Source: Histomonas meleagridis 2922-C6/04-290x (taxonomy: Eukaryota; Protista; Parabasalia). From it: a stretch of DNA of 64,000 nt. Below, piece by piece: positions 22,721-33,493 of the stretch (within the stretch, counting starts at the first letter, position 1; every line of letters starts with the position of its first letter). Location: contig JAANOX010000202.1 in assembly GCA_020184695.1 (NCBI GenBank), positions 62,001-126,000 on the forward strand, read 5' to 3'. A model generated the notes under the pieces. That model was not told the origin of the DNA and searched no databases. It worked only from the letters and a program-made list of their open reading frames with translations. Both the position numbers and the translations under genes were made by a program.

Positions 22721-23632
22721 ATGTTTTATATATTTTTCCGATGTATTCAAGGGTTTAATAATTTTGCTTACTTTGAATTTCATACAAATAATATTAGCGA
22801 AGGGGAAAATTTATTTATGTTACAACTATTCAGGAGAAAATCAAGCACTCAGGTGGATAAAAGTACATATTCTCTTTATTGTAAAGAAGAGAAGCCAGGA
22901 AATTTTTCATGTGTATGTAAAAAGATAGAAGATTCTTCTCAAATGGACAATAACGAAGATGATATAAAAGACGAAGAAAAATTTAAAATTTTAAAGAAAT
23001 TGGGTAAAGGAGGTCGTCCATCAAAAAAGCCTACTAAACCAAAAACAAAAACAAAGACAAAAACAAAACAACCACCAACACCAAAGCCTCCTAAAACAAA
23101 AACAAAACCTGCTCCTATAACCAAAACAAAGCCTCCTATAACAAAGCCACGGCCAACTAATACGAAAAAGCCAACAAAAACAATTACTAAAACAAAAAAG
23201 CCAACAAAAACAGATCACTTTCCATCTCTTCCTCCAGGATTTTCAATAAGTTGGCCAGTTTTTCCTGGTGAAGAAACGCCATATTCTGATGATCCACAAG
23301 ATTATCCTGAAGATTATTCAGAAGATTACCCTGAAGATTACACAGAGGACAATCCAGAAGATTATCCAGATAAACCAGATAAACCAGATAAACCAGATGA
23401 TCCTGGTGATGGTCCAGGAGTTGATCCAAGTGATCCACATCATTCACGAAGACCTACAAGGCCAAGAACAAAAACAACAAATGCTGAACACTCAAAGGAA
23501 AAGAATTTATTAAAAAATAAGTATTTTTGGATTATCGGATCAGTAGTAACGGGTGTTATTGCATTGATAAGTATGATCGTGGGATATGCCTTATGCTGCA
23601 GAAATTCAAATGTTGATGTAAATTCATTATGA
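22721..23632 (+). CDS. Single-pass membrane/surface protein with K/T/P-rich and DYPE repeats
   Basis: TKKPTKT/TKP repeats, EDYPEDY repeats, PDK repeats, C-terminal TM (FWIIGSVVTGVIALISMIVGYAL) and CC tail; TCACT/TCATT Inr-like motifs upstream. Confidence 0.75.
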   Translation: MFYIFFRCIQGFNNFAYFEFHTNNISEGENLFMLQLFRRKSSTQVDKSTYSLYCKEEKPGNFSCVCKKIEDSSQMDNNEDDIKDEEKFKILKKLGKGGRPSKKPTKPKTKTKTKTKQPPTPKPPKTKTKPAPITKTKPPITKPRPTNTKKPTKTITKTKKPTKTDHFPSLPPGFSISWPVFPGEETPYSDDPQDYPEDYSEDYPEDYTEDNPEDYPDKPDKPDKPDDPGDGPGVDPSDPHHSRRPTRPRTKTTNAEHSKEKNLLKNKYFWIIGSVVTGVIALISMIVGYALCCRNSNVDVNSL

Positions 23633-23866
23633 TGTAAGAAGTTAATGATTAAAAAGCATGATCATATTTTCATTATTATATACAATTATACTAATTAATA
23701 ATGTGTATAATTCGAATTATTGAAGAATGTGTTATAACACTTTTTTTAATTAGTTTAAATTAAAGATCCGGATTAAATTGAACTCATAATGAAAAAAAGA
23801 AAAAATGTGAAAGTGTTTTTAGTAATGTGATTATTAATTGGAATTTAAAACTTTCCCAATTCTAAT

Positions 23867-26350
23867 TTAATAATTTCTAATTAATTCAACTATATCTTTA
23901 TAACCTTTATCAGAAGCTAAATCAAGTGCTGTTTTGAAAAACCCCAAAAAACTCCAAAAATTTATTTGAAATTTGAAGAAATTAAAATAATCTTTGAATG
24001 AAAAAAACAAAAATTTTTGATATTTTTATCAGCTCCCTTATCAAGCAGCATTTGAACAATGTCAATATTATGACTTATCATAAGAACTGTAAGTAATATT
24101 TAAAACAAATTCCAAATCTTAATACAAAACAACAAGTTATTGAATAAAACATCATACAAAACATGTTAATATTTTCACAATTTAAATTATAATTTCCTTG
24201 TTGAAGAAGTAAATTCGTTATTTTTACATTATCACAACGAACTGCATTAAAAAGTGCATTTTCATTAAAATTAAACTAAAGTCATTTGAATATAATAATA
24301 ATAAACATCTTTAGCATACATATCAACTCCTTTTTGTTGAAGTATTAAATTCACCATATCAATGTTATCTGTTTTGACTGCATAGATAAGTGCTGTTCTA
24401 AATTATTTAATTAAATTTTAAACATTACTTTGAAATATAAAATAATTTTAATAAATTTCATACAAAAAATTAAAGCTCTTTTATCATTAATATCAATTGA
24501 TATATCTTTTCTTTGAAGAAATAATTTAACTACTTCGATTTTATTTTCTGCAACTGCATCTAAAAATGCAGTTATTAATAATTTGAATAAATACCAAATA
24601 TTATTTTGAAATAAAAAAACATTAAAAGAAACAGGAAATTCATTAATTAAATATCTTTTGCTTTATAATTAATTTCTTTATAATCAAGAAGCATTTAAAC
24701 AATATTTACATGACCAAAGTGAGATGCAATCATTAATGGTGTTCAAGATAATTTGAATAAACATTTTTTATTATATTTAAACTAGATAATTTTATAAGAA
24801 ATACCAAACAAAGTATAGAAATTTTTATATTAACATCAATTCCTTTATGTTCCAGAAGCAATTTAGTGGTTGTTTGATAACCTTTTTGGACTGCTTTATG
24901 AAGTGCTGTTTCAAATAATTTTAATAATTCTCAAATTTTATGCTTTAACAATATAAATTTATGATTAACACTATATAAAAGAAAATAATATATTTAGCAT
25001 TAACATCAATTCCTTTTTGTTCAAGAAGTAATTTAACTACTTCATGATAACCACCTATGGCAGCAGCAATGAGTGGTGTTTGAAATAATTTATATAATTT
25101 TGAAGAAATATTCTTTGGAAACATCAAATTTTGTGAATAAATTTTATACAAAGCAAATAAATACTTTTGACATTGATATTAATACCTTTTTGTTCAAGAA
25201 GTGATTTTACAGACTGAAGAAATCCTTTGGAAGAAGCAGTCCAAAGTGGGGTACAAGAAGATTTAAATAAATTCCGAATATTTGATTGGAATTCAATGAA
25301 ATAAACATTAAATAAAATAAAATTATATCTTTATTATAATATTAACATCAATACTATACTGATCAAGAAGTAATCTTAGGATATCTTTATTATAATGGTT
25401 TATAGCATTTAATAATGAAGCACAAAATAATTTAAATAATTTCCAAAAATTGCTTTGAAATTTCAAATTATTAAAATAAATATCAAACAAAACTAAGAAA
25501 TATCTTTAGCATTTAGGTCAATTTCTTCATATGTAAGAACATATCTTACAAGTTCAACATTTTTAGATTGTGAAGCATAAGGTAAAATTGAACAGATCCA
25601 AAAAAGGCGGAATAATTAATAAGTGAAACATCTTTCTCATTAACAATACTACATCTTTCATAAAGAGATGGAATAATCTTTTGATTAAAATTAAAATTAG
25701 TTTGCGATGATATTTGTTGGAATTTTTCGATATCATCATTTCGAAGAGCTATAGCTATTTCTGATGGATTAACACCATCATGAACAAGTTTCTTTTGAAG
25801 TTCCCAATTGACTTTCTTTTAGTGTATCAAATGATTTAAAGAATTGATCATAAAAAGGAACATCTTTGGTACATTTCTTAACATCTGCTTCCGTTTTATA
25901 ATGTGAAAAATATAAAGTTTTTAAGTGTAAAACTCTTTGTGGCTTAATATAATCACTTTCAATTAACATTTCTAGAAAATATTTCGCTTCTTTTTTTCCA
26001 GAATTGATCAAAAGAAATTGCACAAACCGGTCCATCATTTTCAGATCTTCACTAATTTTTTCATCAAGATTTGTTATTAAGCTAAAATACAATTTGAAAT
26101 TATTCCCATGATTTGAAAGAAAACACTTGAAAATCAATTGCAAAATAACATTCGACCATGTGTAACTGAAGGTGGGATCAAAAGTAGATAAAATCGTGCA
26201 TAGAGTTTCTTCAAAATTTTCATCCTTTAAATTAAAAAGTAAATTTTGAAGATAGACTAGGATTTGAATGGTTTCTTGATTTGTGGATGTTGGTAACCTT
26301 GGTTTTGAGCTATCATCATGTTGTGATGGAGTACTCTCTTCGTTTCCCAT
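23867..26350 (-). pseudogene. DUF3447-ankyrin gene, locus E, degenerate (frameshift, internal deletion, one in-repeat stop); 10 interrupted ankyrin repeats
   Basis: ORF 25778..26350 (MGNEEST..) frameshifts into NWELQKKLVHDGVNPSEIA. It jumps from FFGSVQF straight to the first ankyrin repeat. The last repeat TALDLASDKGYKDIVELIRNY* ends at 23867. Inserts are 80, 74, 83, 80, 77, 80, 80, 46, 80, 80 nt. Confidence 0.7.
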
Positions 26351-26595
26351 TAAGAGCGATATGTCAGAATTCTAGCGGTTTATTATGAAAATTTGTATAG
26401 GGTGATCATGAACACACATTCAAAATACTTTAACCGATAACATTCACTTTTGCAACGTTAAGCTCCATAAAATGAACGTTCATATGTGTATTGAAATTTG
26501 ACTTTTTAACTGAGATCGTGTCCAGAAGAAATGTGAAATGAAGATCCAATTTTTGAATAAATAAAACAAAAACTTGGTCCACTTTGTCATTTAAA

Positions 26596-28863
26596 ATGTC
26601 TCATACTTTATCACCCAACAAAATACCAAAAGGTATACAAGAAATTTTATCAAATTCATTAATTATTGAACGTATAATCTTTAACTTAAATGAAGATAAT
26701 ATAATGACCTCAGTTGAATCATTAATGAATTTTTATGATGTCAATTTACAATATTCTTTTAATTTAAATATATCTCAATTAATATATTCCGCATTTTTAT
26801 CACAGAAAAAGGATTTTAATATTTATTTACAATTGTAAATTTATGCAGTTGGTTGAAAAGAATGAAGAAATCACAATTTCAGATTATAATATAATAAATA
26901 TATTTATATCTCATATTCTTGAAGCTAAAAGAAGACTTGTCAAGAATCATATTATATCTTAGCCAAACTATTGGAACAAGATTACATTAAGCCAAAACAA
27001 TTACCTCATTCATTATATTTTGGCCAATATTTTATCAAAAAAGAAATTATATACTCTAAATTTTATGACTTTTTCCAATACAATAATGAAGAACTATCTA
27101 AAAACGACTGGGCACTTCATAAGAAGTTAACATCAGAAGGAGTCAATCCGAATGAAATTGCAAAAATACTTCGAAATGATGACATTGAAAAACTCCAAGA
27201 AATTACGTCAAAAAATAATTTTGACTTTAACAAAAGAATCAAGCCATCTATATATGAACGATGTTCATTTGTTAATGAAGAAGACGTTACTATGATTGAT
27301 TATTCAGCATTTTTTGGATCAATTAAATGTTTTAAATATTTGTTAATTAATGGCGCAAGTGCCAATAATACAGGTAAGTTTGCTATAGCTGGAGGAAACT
27401 TAGAGATAATTCATTTATGTGAACAAAATAATTCATCTTTCTTTAACGCATATGAAATCGCTATCCATTTCCATCAGAATGACATCTTTAAATATTTTTA
27501 TGAAAACAATATAGAAAAAATTGATGATTTAATACATTTAGGGAATATGTGTTTACGTTATTTTAATTATGAAATCTTTTCTTTTCTAATCGATGATGGA
27601 ATGAAATTTGAAGCCTCTTTTATGAATGAATTAAATGAAACTGAAAATGGTTTAATTTTAATTCCATATATCGAACAGAATAAAGTTATTGCGAATATGT
27701 TCTTGATGAATGGTAACATTGAGATAATAAAATCTGTATTGAAACAACAAAAGATTGATATTAATACGAAAAATATTTCTTTTGTTTTATTTAAAGTTTA
27801 TTTTAATGTTTTGATATTTTTTGATAATATTTGGAATTTGTTTATATGTTTGCAAACAGCTCTAATAAAGGCTTCGAGATATGGCAAAAATGAAATTGTT
27901 AAATTACTTTTTGGGCAAAAAGGTCTTGATATTAATGTCGTTGACGTGTGTTTGAAATATTTAATGTTTACTTGGATAATCTGATATTTATTTGTAATGT
28001 TTGGAATTTATTCTGTTTGTTTAAAACTGCTTTGATGTATTCTGCTGAAAATGGTTATGTAGATATAGTTAAATTACTTCTTAATCAAAGAGGTATTAAT
28101 ATAAACACTAAAGATAAAATATTTTGTTTATTTAATTTCATTTTTTGATATAATGTTTGGAATTGGTGAAAATCATTTTGGACTGCACTTATTTGGGCCT
28201 GTTGGTATTGTCAAACAGAAACAATTAAATTACTTCTTGAACAAAGAGGTATTGATGTGAATGCAAAAGGTATTTCTTTATTATATTTAAAATTTGTTTT
28301 AATAGTTTGATGTTTTTTTGTTGCATTTGGAAATTATTAAATATATTTAATACAGCACTTATGAAAGTTGCTGAAAATGGTAATGTTGAAGTATTTAAAT
28401 TACTTCTTGAACAAGATAAAATTGATGTGAATATTAAAAATATTTTTTTTGTTATATTTAAAATTTGTTTTAATAAATTTATATTTCAGAAAAATATTTG
28501 GAAATTATTTGAATTATTTAAAACTGCAATTATGTTCGCATCTCAAAATGGAAACACAGAAATGGTTCAATTACTTCTCGAACATAATGATATTGAAATA
28601 AATGCCAAAGATATTTATTTACAAAAGATAAAATTTGTTTTAATAATTTTATGCTTTGATATAATATTCGGAACTTATTAAAATTTCTTATGACAGCACT
28701 CACTTATGCACTCAAAAGTGGTCACGAAGATATATTGAAACTACTTGAAAGTATTAGTGATAATAATATTAAAGCAAATGTTTATTTTATTAATTTGGTG
28801 TATCAACTCAAACAAAAACTAATAAATTATCAAATGAATCACAATGTAACCACAGTTGAATAA
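26596..28863 (+). CDS. DUF3447-ankyrin gene, locus B (N-terminal frameshifts); 6 ankyrin repeats each preceded by an insert
   Basis: Inserts at 27775-27855 (81), 27946-28025 (80), 28116-28181 (66), 28272-28351 (80), 28442-28522 (81), 28613-28692 (80). Intact repeats such as TALMYSAENGYVDIVKLLLNQRGININTKD. Confidence 0.8.
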
Positions 28864-29114
28864 TTAAGCGATTTTTTTTAAGTAAAAAAGGAATCCTTAC
28901 AATTGTAATGTAATTTAATATTTGATTTTTGTATCATACAAAAAACTTCTTTTTCTAGTATCAGCATTAGTGCATATTTCAATTTTGAATTAAACAAAAA
29001 ACTTTTTTAAATAATATTAAATCAAATGAAAAGAATAATTGAATAAATTTGCATTTAGCCAAAAGTATTCACTTATTTTGCAAATGAAATAAAACTTATT
29101 TTGCTAATTTCATA

Positions 29115-29645
29115 TTAAAATGTTTCTTTGCATTGAGGGCATTTCCTCAAACGTAGAATTGGTTCCAAACAACTTTCATGTGCCAAGTGACCGCAAGGAA
29201 GAGATGTGTAGGTATGCTTTTCTCCAAACTTCAATCTCTTTCGGCAGTATGGACATGATATTTCTTCTATATATTCATGAGCTGTGATTGGCCTCGACTC
29301 AAACACCAAAAAAGCGGTTTGATTTCCTCTATTTGTACTATGGGATTCTGTATGTTCTCTGGGTGGATCTTGATGGATTTGAGAAGAGTCATTTTGGTGT
29401 CGCTGATTTGAAGATTCTTGATCATTTGTGTAAATGTAAGCCCTACATGTTGGGCAGAGATCATGTCCAGCTAGCCATGGTGCTAAACAATTTTCGTGGA
29501 ATAAATGGCCACATGGAAGTAATGTATATTCAACTCCATATTCAAATCGCTCTTGGCAAATAACGCATTCCATTTTTTCTATAAATTCATGTGATGTAAT
29601 CTTTCGAGTATCAAATGCTTTAATGGATTTTTTTTTTGGCTCCAT
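29115..29645 (-). CDS. Double RING-H2 E3 ubiquitin ligase
   Basis: CVIC..PCGHLFHENCL..CPTC and CPYC..PCGHLAHESCL..CPQC; ATG at 29645 (the track start is TTG). Confidence 0.88.
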   Translation of the reverse strand: MEPKKKSIKAFDTRKITSHEFIEKMECVICQERFEYGVEYTLLPCGHLFHENCLAPWLAGHDLCPTCRAYIYTNDQESSNQRHQNDSSQIHQDPPREHTESHSTNRGNQTAFLVFESRPITAHEYIEEISCPYCRKRLKFGEKHTYTSLPCGHLAHESCLEPILRLRKCPQCKETF

Positions 29646-29865
29646 TGTAAAAAATGCCAACAAAAAAATGAAAAATAAATAATGAAGAGAAGCATAAAAT
29701 TAGTCTTAATATCAATGGTGTGTTCACATTTTATATTAAGGAAATCAAAGAAAAAAATTAATTATTAATGTATATTTAAATTTAAACATTTATCAAATCA
29801 AAATTTTAAAAATTACTTGGAACAAAGCAAAAAATTATATATATTGTAAAAGAAATCAATTTATT

Positions 29866-30498
29866 TTACATAAAGTCATCTTCCAAATTTGTACTGAACT
29901 CTGCTTTAGGCACATTGTCCATGAAATTTCCTGTTTTCTTTTCTGGCTTCGAAGCAGGCTCATCCCAATCATCTTCATCGCCCCAGTCATCAAACGATTT
30001 TTGTTGTGAATTTTTTTTGTTTGACTTTTGTTTGTTTTTAATTATGTCATCGAGCTCACGTTCCATGCTTAGAACGTCTGTGTGATCTTTAGCCTTTTCC
30101 AAAGTCTTTAATATTTGGTTATCTTTTCTAACGCCATGAACAGTAGAAACCTTTGCACCAGGCTTAAATGTAACAGTGCCTACTTTGAAGCTTTTGCTTT
30201 TGGTAAGATTTGAACAAGAAGTATAAATTACATCAACAGAAGGTCGTTTGACGCCTTCAATTGAACCATTTTTCACAATCTGCGAACACACTTGAATGAG
30301 GTTTGGCGGGGGTACTGTTTCTCCTTCATTAAGTCTTAAATATGCATGAGGTGAAGATAAATCATCAACATGAAACCATAAAACTTCTGTTTGGAGTTCC
30401 TTCATATACCTTTGGGAGTACTTGATTAAATCATCATTTTCGAATTTGTCATCTCCAACAAATAGCAAATGGTTATCAATTATGTACACTATCACCAT
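29866..30498 (-). CDS. CCDC25: CCDC25/Jlp2 (NFACT-R domain) protein
   Basis: VGDDKFENDDLIKY, WFHVDDLSSPHAYLRL, QIVKNGSIEG, VDVIYT. Confidence 0.9.
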   Translation of the reverse strand: MVIVYIIDNHLLFVGDDKFENDDLIKYSQRYMKELQTEVLWFHVDDLSSPHAYLRLNEGETVPPPNLIQVCSQIVKNGSIEGVKRPSVDVIYTSCSNLTKSKSFKVGTVTFKPGAKVSTVHGVRKDNQILKTLEKAKDHTDVLSMERELDDIIKNKQKSNKKNSQQKSFDDWGDEDDWDEPASKPEKKTGNFMDNVPKAEFSTNLEDDFM

Positions 30499-30617
30499 TT
30501 GTCACTTTTCTATCGGACCACAAAATACGTTTAAACTTAACGGAAATTTTCTAAAAATTCGAATTTTATCTATAAGAGATATTTTATTATAAAAACAAAA
30601 AGTCACAAACATACATA

Positions 30618-31505
30618 TCAACTTTGCATAGAGTCCCAACTTGGTGGCTTTAACCAATCAGCTATCTTTGCCTCATATTTATCTTGTATTTGTTGTAGCT
30701 CAGGTGGTAGCATTGGCCTGGGTGCAATGTACATAGAGTTATTACCGCTTTTCGAACAATAGTCAACATATGATTTTAACTGGTCCCAATTTACATTTTC
30801 ACTTTTTATTTTGTTTATGCTAAGCTCAAATGGAAGTAAATCTGTCGTGTATGGTTTCCCAGAGATTATTTCAATGATCCCAATTAATGCAGGCCCTGAT
30901 CGAATGTTGTTGCGGATTTTGATGATTAATTCATTAACTTCAGTATCTGTTACTTGTCTACTTTTACCATGCAAATCTTTGCGTTTGGTAAGTTTGTTGT
31001 TTTCGTTGCTTTGTCTATGGAGCTCTCGAAATTTGTTAAGTTTGGCTTCGGCTTCTCTGTTAATAGCGTTTTCGTTGATCTTAAAGCTTTCAAATGGATT
31101 AGTGGTTGGGTCTGTTTCTAGTTTTTCTAAAATATCATATACAAATTCTGACAATTTAAGTGCTTCTTTTCGTATTGGATCACTTTGACTGATCCCATTG
31201 TTTAGCATCTTTTTAACATCTGAGATAAAATCATTAAAGTTAGGATAGTTGATACGACGCATCTGAAATAGATCTATAAATTCTTTGCTAGCTGATGGGT
31301 TTCCGACTGTGCGTAAAAAATAGCTTTCATTTGTTTTTGTGATCATTATGCTTATAAATGTATGAATAAGATCTTTAAAATGAGATATAGTCTTTAGCTT
31401 CGGAAAGTTATCTGGAATTTTTTTTTGTGCTAGGGTGTGTGAAGTCTTGAAGTTGATTTTTGTAGAAATAGAATTTGTTGAATAAGGATAAAACGTTATG
31501 TTCAT
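30618..31505 (-). CDS. Hypothetical protein, possibly divergent bromodomain plus ET-like
   Basis: YPNFNDFISDVKKML resembles the bromodomain Y....F..D+.LM helix; a C-terminal helical segment resembles an ET domain. Confidence 0.35.
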   Translation of the reverse strand: MNITFYPYSTNSISTKINFKTSHTLAQKKIPDNFPKLKTISHFKDLIHTFISIMITKTNESYFLRTVGNPSASKEFIDLFQMRRINYPNFNDFISDVKKMLNNGISQSDPIRKEALKLSEFVYDILEKLETDPTTNPFESFKINENAINREAEAKLNKFRELHRQSNENNKLTKRKDLHGKSRQVTDTEVNELIIKIRNNIRSGPALIGIIEIISGKPYTTDLLPFELSINKIKSENVNWDQLKSYVDYCSKSGNNSMYIAPRPMLPPELQQIQDKYEAKIADWLKPPSWDSMQS

Positions 31506-31595
31506 TTTAAAATTTTTTTAAATATATATTTAAGAGTTGCTTTGACTTGAGATTATAGTTATACTTATGATTATAAATTTTTCAAAAATGCATCA

Positions 31596-31668
31596 GGGAC
31601 TCTAGCTCACCTGGGAGAGCACACGACTGAAGATCGTGAGGTACGTGGTTCGAGTCCGCGGAGTCCCA
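31596..31668 (+). tRNA. tRNA-Phe(GAA)
   Basis: Acceptor GGGACTC/GAGTCCC, D-arm GCTC/GAGC, anticodon arm CACGA-CTGAAGA-TCGTG, GTTCGAGTC T-loop, followed by a T-run Pol III terminator. Confidence 0.97.
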
Positions 31669-31810
31669 TTTTTTTACTTTTTAATTTCTCAATCGAACAG
31701 AAAAATTATTCTAGAGTAAAATAGGCTAAATCATATAAATTAAAGAATATTTTTTTTAAAAAAAATCAATTTTATAAATTTTACTTACAAAACAAACAGA
31801 AATTGAGTTG

Positions 31811-33358
31811 TTAATTAAGATTATTAGTTAGTGATTTTAATGACGCAATTGAATTTTTTACATTTTTGATTTCATCCAATAAACAGCTTATAGCTATTTG
31901 GAACTCAGGTTTGATCTTTTTTGATGAATTGATTTTAGATTTATTATATTCATGAATTTGTTTCTTTTTTAGATATAAACTTTTTAATATTTTTATATCT
32001 TTTTGATTTTTTTCATGTTCACTTTCCATTTCATTTGTAATTTTAGTCATTTCTTTAATTTCATTTTCAAGAATTTGAATTTTTTCATTTGAAATTCGTA
32101 ATTTGTTTTCTAAATTTTTTTCATATTTTGTTAATTCTTTCTCTGTTACATTTTTGTCTTCAACAGTTTTTCGTAAGCGAAAATTAAATATTTTAATTTG
32201 ATTAAACTCTTTTTTATTTTGAGATTTTTCTTCTTCTTTATTATATTCTTCATTCTCAGTTGCTTTTGTAGTAGTTTGAAGAATACTTTTTCGTAAATTT
32301 ATTTTTTTAAAAACTTCGTTAATTTTCTTGTTAATATTTTCTTCGTTTTGATTAATTAAATTTGATTTTATTTCTTCTTCTTTGGGTGAAGAATCAGACG
32401 AATAATTATTTTCATTAGGAAATTGATTTGAATTATCAAATGTTTCATTTATTTCTTGTTCTTTTACACTTTCATATGAATATTCATTAATTTCAGGTGT
32501 TATATAATTTTGTGTAATTATAGTTTCTTCTTCTTTAGGAATAACAAATATATCATTTTTATATGTGTTGAAATGTATGTCCTTATTATTCATAAGAGTT
32601 GAAACTGCATTTATTAAACTTGCATTTTGACTGAATCGTGAATTTTGAGAAAAATGGCATGCCCAAATTGTATTAACATCATCAAAACTATCAGAAATTA
32701 GTCTTAAAACTAATGATTTGTTGATGCATCGTTGAAATATTTCATCATCCATTTTTAGAAGGTGATTTAATACGAAAATTAGTTGATAATTGGGCGGAAG
32801 ACCATTCATTGATGGTGTTGGTATATAACCATCAACATTTGGAATGATAACCCATTCAAAGAAAGGATCATTTCCAATTCGAAGAACAAATGGAAAACTT
32901 GAAAATTTACGAAGCCTTTCTAAACCACATTCAACAAGATCATGCATTTCAGAAATATGATATGTTTCAATCATCTCAAATTTTTTCTGGCTTTGTTGGA
33001 GTGATAAATAATCAATAACATAATCTTTTGCGATACGACCAAGAGAAATGCCAATGGGTCTAGGTTCGCTTTTATTAGAATAAAATTGTTGTACAAAATT
33101 TAGGCAACTTTGTTTAACATCAGAAAACGACAAAATCGAATTATGGTTAAAAAGGCTTATGATACGGAAATTACTAGTTGATTTCATTTGAGTTATTTCG
33201 TTAAAATCTGTGTAAACATAATCAAAATCTTGCTTTTGAATAAATGGTGGACTAACTGTTTCATCCGAAAGAATTATTTGCTTTTCATTTATTGTTACTT
33301 TACAATTTGAATTTTGCTTTGATGTTTTTTCGTGAACAATTGCACAAACGTTTATCAT
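31811..33358 (-). CDS. Hypothetical coiled-coil protein, possible degenerate kinesin-like head
   Basis: MINVCAIV, QDFDYVY and IGISLGRIAKDYVIDYL echo kinesin beta1, FD.VF and V.VS..EIYNE.V.DLL. No P-loop; C-terminal coiled coil. Confidence 0.4.
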   Translation of the reverse strand: MINVCAIVHEKTSKQNSNCKVTINEKQIILSDETVSPPFIQKQDFDYVYTDFNEITQMKSTSNFRIISLFNHNSILSFSDVKQSCLNFVQQFYSNKSEPRPIGISLGRIAKDYVIDYLSLQQSQKKFEMIETYHISEMHDLVECGLERLRKFSSFPFVLRIGNDPFFEWVIIPNVDGYIPTPSMNGLPPNYQLIFVLNHLLKMDDEIFQRCINKSLVLRLISDSFDDVNTIWACHFSQNSRFSQNASLINAVSTLMNNKDIHFNTYKNDIFVIPKEEETIITQNYITPEINEYSYESVKEQEINETFDNSNQFPNENNYSSDSSPKEEEIKSNLINQNEENINKKINEVFKKINLRKSILQTTTKATENEEYNKEEEKSQNKKEFNQIKIFNFRLRKTVEDKNVTEKELTKYEKNLENKLRISNEKIQILENEIKEMTKITNEMESEHEKNQKDIKILKSLYLKKKQIHEYNKSKINSSKKIKPEFQIAISCLLDEIKNVKNSIASLKSLTNNLN

Positions 33359-33493
33359 ATCGAGAAATTTTAAACGTTCCTACACTTCACATTTCACGAT
33401 CAAAACGCACAGAATTTACCTTTGAAAAAGTTCTATCGCATTTGGAAAACAAATTTTTATATTATTTCTGTTTATTATACATAATCCGCGTAA

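Noticed and set aside
27775-28522. 81-nt in-frame inserts as genuine hydrophobic protein loops
   Set aside because: Sister inserts are 80 nt with stops, and the extra base sits in T homopolymers in an assembly with evident homopolymer errors.
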